From Deltaproteobacteria bacterium (GTDB taxonomy: Bacteria > Desulfobacterota > Binatia > UBA12015): a stretch of DNA of 64,000 bases. Below the pieces are notes generated by a model, which made no database searches, was not told the origin of the DNA, and saw only the letters and a program-made list of their open reading frames with translations. Numbering within the stretch: the first letter of the stretch is position 1; each line of letters begins with the position of its first letter. A program made the position numbers and the translations under genes. The stretch is from the NCBI GenBank assembly GCA_029262355.1, contig JAJCZO010000416.1, positions 74,973 to 138,972 of the forward strand. The letters run 5' to 3'. Shown one piece after another: positions 53,503 to 64,000 of the stretch.

Positions 53503-56500
53503 TCAGGAGACGAACCTTGCTTCCACGCCCGTGAGACGCTCTGCCAGGTCCGCGATCAGCTCGTGGTTGGTAGCGACACCGTGTTTCTCGAGCGAGATCC
53601 GGGTCTCGAAGGCCTCTCGCTTCACGTGGAGGTAGGTCGGACAGTTGCCCGGATAGCGGGCCAAGGTCTGCCCGAGGCGCTCCAGGTCGTCGCGCGTGAA
53701 GCGGCTGCCGTCGATCAGGATCTTGAGCTCGCGGATCGCCCGAGCTCGGGCCTCATCGAGCCGGATGAACTGGTCGGCGATGACCTGACACCGCTCGTCG
53801 GTGATGTCGAGCTTGCCGGTCAGCGAGAGCGCCTCGCTGCTGGTGATCAACGCCTCGTTCTTCCGATAGGCCTCGGGCCAGGCGATGACCTCGACGATGC
53901 CGTCGAGATCCTCGAAGAAGAAGGTGGCGTACCGATCGCCCTTCTTGCTGTTCTTCAGGCGCAGTCCCTGAATGACCCCGGCCAGGGTCACCTTCTGCTG
54001 CGCCTGCTGGTCCCGGAGCCCTGCTGTCGTACACGTCACGAGTTTCTTCAGCTGGCGGCGGTACCGGTCCAGGGGATGCCCGGTGATGAAGAAGCCAAGG
54101 GTTTCCTTCTCCTGGCGCAGCAGCTCTTCGGAGTCCCACGCATCGACTCGATTGAAGGTGAACGTCTCCCGACCGCTCGTTCCGCCGCCTACGAAGAGAT
54201 TCCCCTGGTTGACATTCGCCGCAGCGAACGCCGCCCAGCGCAGGAGATCTTCCACACTGGCCAGAAGGCTCGCGCGGTCGATGTCGGTATTGTCGAACGC
54301 GCCACACTTCACGAGGCTCTCGAGTACGCGGCGATTGAGATGCGACGACGTGATTCGGCAGACGAGGTGATCCAACCCCTCGAAGGGGCCGTTCTCGTCC
54401 CGCTCCTCCAGAATCGCCTGGATTGCCTTTGCCCCGACGCCTTTCACCGCCCCGAGACCGAATCGGATCTTTTCCCCAGTGACCGTGAAATTCTCACGGC
54501 TCTCGTTCACGTCCGGCGGGAGAACCGGGATCTTCTGCGCGCGCGCCTCGGCGATGTTCTTGTGAGTCTTGTCGGCGTCGCCCATCTCCAGGGTCATGAG
54601 CGCAGCGACGAACTCCTCCGGGTAGTGCGCCTTCAGGTATGCCGTCTGGAAGGAGATCAGGGCATAGGCTGCGGCGTGCGACTTGTTGAAGCCGTAGCCC
54701 GCGAACTTCTCGATCGTGTCGAAGATGTCGCCCGCCTGCTTCTCGGCAAGCCCGTTCTCGGCGGCGCCTTCGCTGAAACGAGACCGCTCGCGCGCCATCT
54801 CCTCGACCTTCTTCTTCCCCATCGCGCGCCGCAGGTTGTCCGCGTCGCCGAGGCTGTAGCCGGCCAACACCCGCGCCGCCTGCATGACCTGCTCTTGGTA
54901 GACCATCACCCCGTAGGTCTCCTTGAGGACGGGCTCGAGGAGGGGATGTGGATAGGTCGTGACCTCACGGCCATGCTTGCGGTCGATGAAGTTGTCGACG
55001 ATCCCTGATTCCAGAGGGCCGGGACGATACAGAGCGTTGATGGCGACGATGTCCTCGAAGCAGGTGGGCTTCAGACGCTTCACCAACTGGGCCATGCCGC
55101 TCGATTCCATTTGGAAGATACCGACCGTCTCACCGCGGCCCAGGAGCCGATACGTCTTCTTGTCATCGAGGGGCAGATTCGGAAGGTCGATCGTGACGCC
55201 CTTGCCGTCACGAATCCGGTTCACCGCATCCTGGATCATCGTGAGGGTTTTCAACCCCAAGAAGTCGAACTTGATCAGCCCGACCTTCTCGATGTCGCTG
55301 CCGGAGAACTGCGTGAGGACCACGCCCTCCTTGTCGATGCAGAGCGGTACGGTCTCGACCAGGGGCTTGGCGCCGATCACGACGCCCGCCGCGTGCTTCG
55401 ACGCGTGCCGCATCAGACCCTCGAGGCGCAGGGCGTACGCGAAAAGCTTCTCCTCGCGCGCGCCTTTAGCGCGGATCTCGGCCAGACGGGATTCCGTCTC
55501 GAGAGCCTGCCGGAGCGGCACATCCCTACCCTGGCGCGCCGCTGGGTACAGCTTCGCCATGCGGTCGGTCTCGCCGTAGCCGAACTCGAGCACCCGGCCG
55601 ACATCCTTCAACGCAGCCTTTCCCTTCAACGTTCCGAAGGTGATGATCTGCGCTACGCGATCTTCGCCGTACTTTTGGCGTACATACTGCAAGACCTCAT
55701 CGCGCCGCTCGTAGCAGAAGTCGACATCGATATCGGGCATCGACTTGCGCTCGGGGTTCAGGAAGCGCTCGAAGAGCAGTCCGTGCTCGATCGGATCGAT
55801 GTCCGTGATCTGCATCGCCCACGCGACCACACTCCCCGCTGCGGATCCCCGCCCCGGTCCGACCGGAATGTCGTTTCGCTTCGACCATTGGATGAAGTCC
55901 GCGACGATCAGAAAGTAGCCGGGAAACCCCATGCGCTCGATGACGCCGAGCTCCTCCACCAGCCGCTCGTCGTATTCGACGACCTTCGTTTCGTCCCAAC
56001 TGTCGCTCTTGCGCAGAATCGCGAGTCGCTCATCGAGCCCAGTGCGACTTTGGACCCGTAGAGCCTCCTCGAGACTCTCCCCGGCGGGCAACTCGTAGTC
56101 GGGAAACTGATACTGCCCGAAGCTCATCTTGAAATCGCAGCGCCGCGCGAGATCAAGGGTGTTGTCGATCGCTTCCGGGTACTCCGGGAAGGCTGCGCGC
56201 ATCTGCTCGGGCGACTTCACGAACAGCTGGTCGGTCCCAAACTTCCAGCGGTTGGGATCGTCGAGCGTCTTGCCGGTCTGAATGCAGAGGAGCGCTTCGT
56301 GCGCCTCTGCATCGTCGGCGCCGAGATAGTGGCAATCGTTTGTCGCCACCAGCGGCAGGCCCAGGTGCTTCGCGATCGAGAAGAGCTCCCGGTTGGAGAC
56401 TTCCTGTTCGGCCAGATGGTTGTCCTGAACCTCGATGTAGTAGCGATCCTTGTCGAAGATCTCGGCAAACTCGCTCGCGACCTCGCGCGCACGTGCGACA

Positions 56501-56964
56501 TCTCCGCGCTGGATCGCCTGATTCACCTCGCTGCCGAGGCAGCCCGACAGACAGATGAGTCCCTCATTGAACTCGTGCAGAAGCTCTCGGTCGATCCGGG
56601 GCTTGTAATAGAACCCCTCCTGGTACGCGGTCGAAACCAGCCGGCAGAGGTTTCGGTACCCCACCTCGTTCATGGACAGGAGAACGAGATGGTAGTTGCC
56701 GGCAGTCTCCGGGTCGGCGCTGCGCGCCTGACTCCGGTCGAAGCGACTCCGCGGCGCGACGTAGGCTTCACAGCCGATGATGGGTTGCACCCCGCCCGCC
56801 TCCGCGGCCCGGTAAAAGTCGACGGCACCGAACATGTTGCCATGATCGGTCATCGCCACCGCCGGCATGCCGAGATCAGAGATCTTCGGGATGAGCTCCG
56901 ATACTTTGTTCGCCCCGTCGAGCAGTGAGTACTGCGTGTGCAAATGGAGATGTACGAACCCCAC
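53503..56964 (-). CDS. dnaE: DNA polymerase III subunit alpha
   Basis: 1153 aa. N-terminal PHP domain (MGFVHLHLHTQYSLLDGA), polymerase core, OB-fold. Unmistakable DnaE family. Confidence 0.95.
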   Translation of the reverse strand: MGFVHLHLHTQYSLLDGANKVSELIPKISDLGMPAVAMTDHGNMFGAVDFYRAAEAGGVQPIIGCEAYVAPRSRFDRSQARSADPETAGNYHLVLLSMNEVGYRNLCRLVSTAYQEGFYYKPRIDRELLHEFNEGLICLSGCLGSEVNQAIQRGDVARAREVASEFAEIFDKDRYYIEVQDNHLAEQEVSNRELFSIAKHLGLPLVATNDCHYLGADDAEAHEALLCIQTGKTLDDPNRWKFGTDQLFVKSPEQMRAAFPEYPEAIDNTLDLARRCDFKMSFGQYQFPDYELPAGESLEEALRVQSRTGLDERLAILRKSDSWDETKVVEYDERLVEELGVIERMGFPGYFLIVADFIQWSKRNDIPVGPGRGSAAGSVVAWAMQITDIDPIEHGLLFERFLNPERKSMPDIDVDFCYERRDEVLQYVRQKYGEDRVAQIITFGTLKGKAALKDVGRVLEFGYGETDRMAKLYPAARQGRDVPLRQALETESRLAEIRAKGAREEKLFAYALRLEGLMRHASKHAAGVVIGAKPLVETVPLCIDKEGVVLTQFSGSDIEKVGLIKFDFLGLKTLTMIQDAVNRIRDGKGVTIDLPNLPLDDKKTYRLLGRGETVGIFQMESSGMAQLVKRLKPTCFEDIVAINALYRPGPLESGIVDNFIDRKHGREVTTYPHPLLEPVLKETYGVMVYQEQVMQAARVLAGYSLGDADNLRRAMGKKKVEEMARERSRFSEGAAENGLAEKQAGDIFDTIEKFAGYGFNKSHAAAYALISFQTAYLKAHYPEEFVAALMTLEMGDADKTHKNIAEARAQKIPVLPPDVNESRENFTVTGEKIRFGLGAVKGVGAKAIQAILEERDENGPFEGLDHLVCRITSSHLNRRVLESLVKCGAFDNTDIDRASLLASVEDLLRWAAFAAANVNQGNLFVGGGTSGRETFTFNRVDAWDSEELLRQEKETLGFFITGHPLDRYRRQLKKLVTCTTAGLRDQQAQQKVTLAGVIQGLRLKNSKKGDRYATFFFEDLDGIVEVIAWPEAYRKNEALITSSEALSLTGKLDITDERCQVIADQFIRLDEARARAIRELKILIDGSRFTRDDLERLGQTLARYPGNCPTYLHVKREAFETRISLEKHGVATNHELIADLAERLTGVEARFVS

Positions 56965-56982
56965 TCCGCCCCTCCCCTTCCA

Positions 56983-58503
56983 TCATTCCCATTCGATCGT
57001 CGCCGGAGGCTTCGACGAAACGTCGTACACCACCCGGTTGATTCCCTTCACCTCGTTCGGAATGCGCCGTCCCAGCACCTCGAGCGTGTCGTGCGGGAGT
57101 CGGGCCCAGTCTGCCGTCATCCCATCGAGGCTCTCGACCGCGCGCACGGCGATCACCTGGTCGTACGTACGCTCGTCTCCCTGAACCCCTACCGTCTGGA
57201 TGGGCAGCAGGACTCCGAAGCCCTGCCACAGATTCTTCTGGCCCCGGAGCTCTTCGCGGACGATCGCATCGGCCTCCCGCAGAAGCCGCACGCGCTCCCG
57301 CGTGACGGCGCCCACGATCCGAACGGCGAGCCCCGGTCCTGGGAACGGTTCGCGGGAAACGAGCTCTTCCTCCAAGCCGAGTTCCCGACCCACGGCGCGC
57401 ACCTCGTCCTTGAACAGCTCCCGCAATGGCTCCACGAGCTTGAGGTTCATCCGCTCCGGCAGTCCGCCCACGTTGTGGTGGGATTTGATCGTCGCGGACG
57501 GACCGCGTACCGAGACCGACTCGATCACGTCAGGATAGAGCGTGCCCTGTGCCAGGAAGCGTACGTCATCGAGTCCCGCCGCCGCCTCGTCGAAGACCTC
57601 GATGAAGAGGTTGCCGATTCGCTTGCGCTTCAACTCCGGATCGAGCACGCCATCGAGCGCATCGAAGAATCGGGCGGCCGCGTCGAGCGTGCGAATGTCG
57701 AGCCCCAGGTGCGCGAGCGTGGTCTCGACCATCTCGCGGTCCCCCTCGCGCAGGAGTCCGTTATCGACGAAGATGCAGGTGAGCCGATCACCGATTGCGC
57801 GGTGCAACAGAGCTGCCGCAACCGTCGAGTCGACGCCTCCGGAGAGGCCACAGATGACGCGGCCGCCCGCCGTCTTGGCGCGCAACTCCTCGATCGTCGC
57901 GTCGATGAAGGAGTCTGGTGTCCAGGTTGCCGGAGCGCCGCAAACGTTGAGCACGAAGTTTCCGAGGATCTCAGCTCCGCGCTCCGAGTGCACCACTTCC
58001 GCGTGAAATTGTAAGCCAAACAACCGGCGAGTGGGGTCGCGGAAGGCCTGGATGGGTGCATTCTCGCTCCGCGCGAGCACGTCCCAGCCCACGGGTAGCG
58101 ACTCCATCCGGTCGCCGTGAGACATCCATACCGAGGTCTCGGACCCGACCTCGAACCCCTCGAACAGATCAGAGTTGTCGACGATCTCGATCGTCGTCCG
58201 CCCATATTCGCGGCGGTCGGCCCGAGCGACCGATGCCCCAGCCGTGACGTTCAGGACTCCCATGCCGTAGCAGATGCCGAGCACCGGAACCCCGAGCTCG
58301 AGAATCCCGCTTGCCAGCTGGGGCGCGGACTCCACGTAGACGCTCGCGGGACCGCCCGAGAGTACGATCCCCGTAGGCGCGCGCTCCTGAACCTCTTCAA
58401 CCGAGACGGTGCATGGGAGGATCTCGCAGTAGACCTTAGACTCGCGAATCCTGCGCGCAATCAGTTGGGTGTACTGGCTTCCGAAATCGACGACGAGAAT
58501 CAA
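56983..58503 (-). CDS. guaA: GMP synthase (glutamine-hydrolyzing)
   Basis: N-terminal GATase (ILVVDFGSQYTQLIARRIRE), ATP-PPase P-loop (SGGVDSTV), C-terminal dimerisation domain ending ...PATIEWE. Confidence 0.95.
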   Translation of the reverse strand: MILVVDFGSQYTQLIARRIRESKVYCEILPCTVSVEEVQERAPTGIVLSGGPASVYVESAPQLASGILELGVPVLGICYGMGVLNVTAGASVARADRREYGRTTIEIVDNSDLFEGFEVGSETSVWMSHGDRMESLPVGWDVLARSENAPIQAFRDPTRRLFGLQFHAEVVHSERGAEILGNFVLNVCGAPATWTPDSFIDATIEELRAKTAGGRVICGLSGGVDSTVAAALLHRAIGDRLTCIFVDNGLLREGDREMVETTLAHLGLDIRTLDAAARFFDALDGVLDPELKRKRIGNLFIEVFDEAAAGLDDVRFLAQGTLYPDVIESVSVRGPSATIKSHHNVGGLPERMNLKLVEPLRELFKDEVRAVGRELGLEEELVSREPFPGPGLAVRIVGAVTRERVRLLREADAIVREELRGQKNLWQGFGVLLPIQTVGVQGDERTYDQVIAVRAVESLDGMTADWARLPHDTLEVLGRRIPNEVKGINRVVYDVSSKPPATIEWE

Positions 58504-58506
58504 GCT

Positions 58507-59970
58507 TCAGCCCAGCCTGTAGTTCGGAGCTTCCTTCGCGACGACCACGTCATGCACGTGGCTCTCACGATGGCCCGCTTCGCTGATCCGAATGTATTTC
58601 GCGTTCTCCCGCATCGCCTGGAGCGTGGGCACGCCCAGATACCCCATTCCGGCACGAACCCCTCCCACGAGCTGATGGATGTTCGAGGACAGCGAGCCCT
58701 TGTACGGCACCCGGCCCTCGATCCCCTCGGGGACGAGCTTGATGGCGTCTTCTTCTTCTTCCTGGAAGTAACGATCTTTGCTGCCGGCACGCATCGCCTC
58801 GAGCGAGCCCATGCCCCGGTACATTTTGTAGGTTCGGCCCTGGTACAAGATCGTCTCCCCGGGGCTCTCTTCGGTCCCAGCGAACAAGCTTCCGATCATG
58901 ACGGCGTCAGCGCCGCAAGCGAGCGACTTCACCACGTCACCAGAGAAGCGAATGCCGCCATCCGCAACCATCGGAATGTCCGCGTCGCGCGCCACTCGCG
59001 CGGCGTCGGCGATCGCCGTGACCTGCGGCATGCCTACACCGGAGATGATTCGGGTCGTACAGATCGACCCGACCCCCATGCCGACCTTGACCGCGTCTGC
59101 GCCCGCATCGATCAGCGCCCGTACCCCGTCGCCGGTGCCGACGTTGCCCCCGAGCAGATCGAGATCGGGATGGCTCTTCTTCAATTCGCCGACGGTCTCG
59201 ATTACGTTGCGGGAGTGACCGTGGGCTGTGTCGACGCAGATGATGTCGACACCGGCCTCGATCAATGCCTCGGCGCGCTCCTGCCAGTCGGCACCCACGC
59301 CGACGGCGGCGCCCACCCGCAGGCGACCACGTTCGTCGCGACACGCGTGCGGGAACTGCTCCGCCTTCTCGATGTCCTTCACTGTAATCAGACCGACGAG
59401 GCGCTGGTCGGCTTCGACGACGAGGAGCTTTTCGATGCGGTGCTCGTGGAGCTTCTGGGTCGCCTCTTCGAGGGTGACTCCGAGCGGTGCCGTGACCAGA
59501 TTCTCGTGGGTCATGACCTCGCCGACGGTGCGATCCATCCGGCGCTCGAACCGAAGGTCGCGGTTCGTCAGAATCCCGACGAGCCGCCCGTCCTCGGTCA
59601 CCGGAAGTCCGGAGATGTGCGCCTTCTGCATGAGCCGCAGTGCCTCGGAGAGCGTCTGGCTGGGCGCGACCGTAAGCGGGTCGGCAACCATGCCGCTCTC
59701 GAACTTCTTCACACGTGCGACCTGAGCGGCCTGGGCGTCCACCGGCAGGTTCTTGTGGACGATACCGATCCCACCCTCCTGCGCGATGGCGATGGCCGTG
59801 CGAGATTCCGTCACCGTGTCCATCGCCGCGCTGATCAGCGGAATCTGGAGCCGGATTCGGCGCGTGAGGCGGGCCGACACGTCGGTGTTGCGCGGCAGGA
59901 CATCGGAACCCGCCGGCACGAGGAGGATGTCGTCGAAGGTCAGTCCTTCACCGAGAGGATGCTGCTCCAT
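58507..59970 (-). CDS. guaB: IMP dehydrogenase
   Basis: TIM barrel with tandem CBS domains and the catalytic Cys loop ([10 protein letters not shown]). 487 aa. 3-nt spacing to guaA. Confidence 0.95.
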   Translation of the reverse strand: MEQHPLGEGLTFDDILLVPAGSDVLPRNTDVSARLTRRIRLQIPLISAAMDTVTESRTAIAIAQEGGIGIVHKNLPVDAQAAQVARVKKFESGMVADPLTVAPSQTLSEALRLMQKAHISGLPVTEDGRLVGILTNRDLRFERRMDRTVGEVMTHENLVTAPLGVTLEEATQKLHEHRIEKLLVVEADQRLVGLITVKDIEKAEQFPHACRDERGRLRVGAAVGVGADWQERAEALIEAGVDIICVDTAHGHSRNVIETVGELKKSHPDLDLLGGNVGTGDGVRALIDAGADAVKVGMGVGSICTTRIISGVGMPQVTAIADAARVARDADIPMVADGGIRFSGDVVKSLACGADAVMIGSLFAGTEESPGETILYQGRTYKMYRGMGSLEAMRAGSKDRYFQEEEEDAIKLVPEGIEGRVPYKGSLSSNIHQLVGGVRAGMGYLGVPTLQAMRENAKYIRISEAGHRESHVHDVVVAKEAPNYRLG

Positions 59971-60497
59971 GACGGCTCCCCTGCCTCAACGAGCGAAGCC
60001 CAGCCGTTCGACTGGGCTTCTGGTGGCGATTCGTCGTGTCGAGACTCTTTCCAGACTAACCATGTCGCTTCCTATCAGAGCGCAATCCGTATGGCAACGT
60101 CGAGCGTCCAATAACAACATCTTGCGCTTTGGCATTTCTGAGACAAGTACGGATTTTACGGACGCACGGGCATGCTTCTGTCAAGGGAAGCCCCCTGCCA
60201 TGACACCTCTCGTACCTGCGCGGACTTCGGCTTCTCGCACGAAACCGCTGCCGCAAGCACGAAGCCGCAGCTCAGCACTCGAGAGAGGGGCGGACTCGAC
60301 GCGCAGACCGAGCTCCACACCTCCACGCATGTGCGCACAGATGCGGGATCGGCACGGCTCTTTGGCGCATGGTCTGCTCGCAGCACGTGCGGGGAACACC
60401 GCGCGAGAACGCGCTCGGCTCTAGGCGAGAAGGATGGCAGCCGGGCTCTCGAGGTCTGGGATCCGACGCTCCCGAGAGCACGGCTGCCGATGGGTCG

Positions 60498-63225
60498 TCA
60501 GGGGCACCGCTCGGCGAGCTCGCTGCCCAGGAGCAGTGCCACGCACGCGCGGCGCTCTGCGCCGGTAACGTCCATGAAACCCATGCACGTGGGCGGCTCT
60601 TGCGGGTCCAGCGTCTGGAACGTGCATAGATCGTTCGCGCTGCAGTAGGAGGACTCGTCGCACGCGGCGTCGTTCTCATCGCTGGCGCAGCCGGCCCCCA
60701 AGGCGTAGATGACGTCGCCGTCAGCCGAGGCGCGACTCAGAAGAGCCTCTCTCGCGCGCGGGCCGAAGGAACAGACGTCTGGTGAGGATCGCGCCGGTTC
60801 GGCGTCGAGATCCGCCTCCCTGAAGCAGGGACACGCACACACGGCCGGATCTTGCGTACCGTTCGCCACGGTCGGGCAATTGTCCACCTCGTTGGCGACG
60901 CCGTCGCCGTCGACGTCCGCCGGGTCTGGTGAGGGCGTCGGTTCGGGCGTCGGTGCCGCGCTGGCCGTCGGTCTTGGGCTAGGCAATGGGGTCGGGACGG
61001 GTGTGGGTGCCGGGCCTTCACATCGCCGTGTGTCCTCCCCTTCTGAGCAGTCGTCGCTCCCCGCGCCACCGCGCAGGACGTCGTCGTCGTCCCCGCCGAC
61101 GAGAAGGTCGTCGCCGTGACGTCCCCGGAGCGTGTCCCCTCCTTCGCTGCCCAGGATCACGTCCGCGCCGCTGCCGCCGTAGAGCACGTCCGGCCCTTCG
61201 CCCCCATCGAGACGATCGGTCCCGGAGTTCCCGCGCAGCTTGTCCGCACCTGGGCCTCCGAAGAGCCGGTCGTCGCCGCTGCCGCCGCCCAGGCGGTCGT
61301 CGCCCGTGCCTCCGGCGAGCTCGTCGTCGCCACTGTTCCCGAAAGCCCGATCGTCGCCGGGGCCCCCGTCGATCAGATCGTCTCCGCCGCCGCCGATCAG
61401 ACGATCGTTGCCCGAACCGCCGCAAAGGATGTCGTTTCCACCACCACCCCGGACGAGGTCGTTGCCGCCGCGCGCGAGGATGATATCGTCTCCCGGGGTT
61501 CCCTTCAGGACGTCGTCGAACTCGGTTCCTTCGATCGTCGGCACGAGCCCATCACAGGCATGCAGCGGGATCGTGACTTGGAAGTTCGGGTTTGGGCTGC
61601 TCCGCACACTGAAGTTGGTAGGATCACCGGCGTGCGCCGCATTGATCGCATCGTATCGTGAAAAATCGACATCGCGACGCGTTACATCAAGCCGCGTCTT
61701 CGTGAACGTCACTTCCAGAAAGCCTGGATCTTCGAAGTTTCGCGCTCCGCCCGACCTAAAGGTGGGGATGGCTTCGGGCCGACTGTTCTCGGCGGGGAGG
61801 CCCGTCCTCGGATCGAGAGCGTCTACTTGGGAGTCGATGGCCGCGTGGACATGTCCAGTGAAGAGCGCCACGACGTTGTATTGCTCCATCACGTCGATCA
61901 GCGCGGCGCGTTCGGCCGCGCTCCACCAGATGCAGTCGGGAAGCCCGCCGTCGAGCGGGAAGTGAGCGGGAGCGGGGGTCGGTGTTGGGTCGCCCGCCGG
62001 GGGCGGTGCAGGCCGACAGATCGAAAGGCCGTCGAAGCCGAAGTGCTGCATGATCACGACGCGTTGATCGATCGCCCGATCCACGTGTTGACGGAGATCG
62101 GCCTCGAGGAACTGTAGACTGTCGCGGGCGTAGATTCGTCGGGGACCGTCCACGGTACCTCCGGCATGCTCGTTCAAGACGACGAAGTGCACCCCGCCCC
62201 AGTCCCACGAATAGTGCCCCGTCGGCGCGGAGTTCGTGATGCCGCCGACCGTCGCCGGGTCCGGGTCACCCGCGGAGTCTGGCTGCCGTACGACTCGAAG
62301 CGGGTTTCGTTCCGCCACGAGGTCGGCGGACGGGACGTCACAGAGACCTCGTTCCCGAGTGTATTCGGCGAAGTGCGGGGGAATCACCGAAGAGCACCAG
62401 GTATCCGTCTCATGGCGCGACGGAATCTCGCACAGTGTGGGAGAGACGCACGCGGCCGTACAGACCGGGCAAGCCGGTGGAAAAAGCACACAGACGGCGC
62501 CGCAGGGCCCATGGCATCCGAACCCGATGCACTTGGGGTCCCCCGCCTTGCAGCGGCAGTAGTTGAGCCGTCGCACGGGGTCCGTCGTGTTGTCGGGGTC
62601 GGTATCATGGTTCCCGAAGCCCTCGAAAACGGGGAACCGGAGCTCTCCGTCGGCTCCGGTGAGACCCCACTGGCTCGTGAACAGGGAGACCTGGTCGAAC
62701 TGATCGTCCGGTAGGTCTCCTCGGTGGTCGAAACCATCCTGGGTGAGATCGCCAGCAACGAGGACGCCCAGCGGCGCGCGGGAGACGCCCTGGGCTCCCG
62801 GGGTGCCGGGCAGAGCGTTCATCGCCTGGATCACCGCGCGCTGCGTGATCGAGGCTTCTGGGCCGGTTCCGGGAGTAAAGTGCTCGCAATGCTCGGAGGG
62901 GATGTTGGGCCAGATGTCGGTCCGCGCGGTGGGGGCCGGAAGGGCCGCACCGCTCTTCGTGATCGGGACCCCCATGTCGTCCCGCTTGGCCTGCTCTCCC
63001 GTCCAGTATTGAGGATCGCCGGTCACGTAGATGGTGAAGTCGGTGTTCTGGGCGCCGACGGGCCGCGCGCTCAGAACGACCCCCGTCGCGACGAGCAACG
63101 CGGCCCAAAGGGCGTTCCGAGTCTGCTGAAGGCGGTTCCGGCCAGCCGTCGGACCCCGGGCGTGCCCAGGCGCGGTGGCCTTCTCGAGAAGCCATCGAGA
63201 GAGAGAGCTGAAGGGGGCGTTCATC
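60498..63225 (-). CDS. large secreted calcineurin-like metallophosphoesterase with RTX-type Ca-binding repeats and a C-terminal TSP3-like/Cys-rich region
   Basis: Start taken at the internal ATG with a GGAG RBS (MNAPFSS...). Hydrophobic signal segment. Metallophosphoesterase blocks (GNHD, HFVVLNEH, ALFTGHVHA). More than 10 tandem GGxGxDxL nonapeptide repeats. DVDGDGVANEVDNCP motif. Pro/Thr-rich linker. Confidence 0.7.
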
Positions 63226-63609
63226 GTCGGATCTCCTGCATCGGCCTGGCCACCGGCGCCGCACGCGCCGGGCCGCTCGCGATGAGCTGAACGGAAGAGC
63301 CCCGCGCGGGGCGATGTGACAGGATTTCCGACCAAGGCGGGTTCCGGCCGCCAGGCGCCCCCTACTCGGTCCAGATCGAGGGCCTCAGCGGAGCGAACGC
63401 GCGCAAGGGCAGGCCTCGCCAGAGGCGGCACCGCCGAGCCGCGCCAGAGGCTGGACCGGAGCTGGTCGCCGGGGGCATCGCGGTGACCCGCGCATCGGTT
63501 TCATCGGCCCGCCCCCGACGTTTTCTTTGCGACTGGCCGAGAACATCCTTGTGTCGCGGGTCCGATTCGGACATCTGACCACGACGACATCTCGTGGTCG
63601 GAGGAAACC

Positions 63610-64000
63610 ATGATTCTGCCCTTCGGAGAGCATGCGCCGCGAATCGCCGCGGGCGCCTTCGTGGCGCCGGACGCGACCCTGATCGGCCAGGTCGCCATCG
63701 GTGCCGCCTCCAGCGTTTGGTTCGGCGCCGTCCTTCGAGGCGACGGGCACTCGATCACCGTCGGTGAGCGCACCAACATTCAGGACCGCGTGGTCGTCCA
63801 CGTGGCGACCGACCGATACCCGACGGAGATCGGGGACGACGTCACCGTGGGGCACGGAGCGGTACTGCACGGCTGCACGGTCGGAAATCGGGTGCTGGTC
63901 GGGATCGGCTCCATCGTCCTGGACGGGGCGCACCTCGAAGACGGCTGCATGATCGCGGCGGGAGCGGTCGTGCCCCCCGGAACGAGGGTGCCATCGGGCC
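63610..64000 (+). CDS. gamma-class carbonic anhydrase family / hexapeptide-repeat protein, 5' part (continues beyond the window)
   Basis: ATG with GGAGG 6 nt upstream. Left-handed beta-helix hexapeptide repeats and conserved His residues (VGERTNIQDRVVVHV ... VTVGHGAVLHGCTVG). No stop codon before the window end. Confidence 0.75.
   Translation, partial: MILPFGEHAPRIAAGAFVAPDATLIGQVAIGAASSVWFGAVLRGDGHSITVGERTNIQDRVVVHVATDRYPTEIGDDVTVGHGAVLHGCTVGNRVLVGIGSIVLDGAHLEDGCMIAAGAVVPPGTRVPSG

Noticed and set aside
53053-55008. 651-aa plus-strand ORF antisense to dnaE
   Set aside because: Antisense shadow of dnaE with no recognisable content.
58117-60114. 665-aa plus-strand ORF antisense to guaA/guaB
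   Set aside because: Antisense shadow ORF; guaA and guaB are unmistakable on the minus strand.
1-64000. CRISPR arrays, rRNA genes, additional tRNAs
   Set aside because: No regularly spaced short direct repeats, no 16S/23S/5S-like conserved stretches, and no other cloverleaf-like sequence besides tRNA-Arg and its partial att copy were noticed on reading through.

Overview
High-GC (about 65-70%) bacterial chromosomal segment. The gene content (HWE-type kinases, WS/DGAT, DUF1329, dnaX-ybaB-recR) would fit a delta-proteobacterial or Myxococcota-like genome, but the taxon cannot be fixed from sequence alone. Most of the window is conserved backbone: purF (3' end), nadB, an SLT/DUF4124 lytic transglycosylase, pgsA, the dnaX-ybaB-recR operon, a stand-alone secF, a GGCT-like gene, and a complete tripartite RND efflux operon (MFP-RND-OMF). 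After the efflux operon comes a tRNA-Arg(CCT) gene that carries a roughly 10 kb integrated genomic island (about 14.6-24.6 kb). The island is bounded by a 43-nt imperfect direct repeat of the tRNA 3' end. It holds a tyrosine integrase, RHH and AlpA-like HTH regulators, a DUF3987/YfjI-like protein, a lipoprotein, a truncated IS630 transposase, a truncated VOC gene, a frameshifted gene, a structured intergenic element and several unrecognisable cargo ORFs. Downstream are a DUF1329 protein, a PolX-like HhH protein without a palm domain, and a neutral-lipid module (WS/DGAT, beta-lactamase-fold hydrolase fused to an acyltransferase, FATP-like acyl-CoA synthetase). Then follow a two-component cluster built on HWE/HisKA_2 kinases (a CHASE-PAS-HK-REC hybrid plus a convergent HK/RR pair), a DUF2142 membrane protein, an arylsulfatase with a CxAxR motif, dGTPase, a TPR protein, a GT39/ArnT-like glycosyltransferase, a YfgM-like protein, a BFN nuclease, a CoxE(VWA)-MoxR pair, an NRDE protein, IMPase, a LolA-like lipoprotein, a second pgsA, hflX, dnaE, guaA, guaB, a large secreted metallophosphoesterase with RTX repeats, and the 5' end of a gamma-carbonic-anhydrase-family gene. 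No CRISPR array or rRNA was seen. The most likely place for undescribed biology is the island cargo (19.9-21.9 kb ORF pair, 16.6-19.2 kb module, structured RNA-like element at 17.1 kb), whose functions cannot be assigned from sequence alone.
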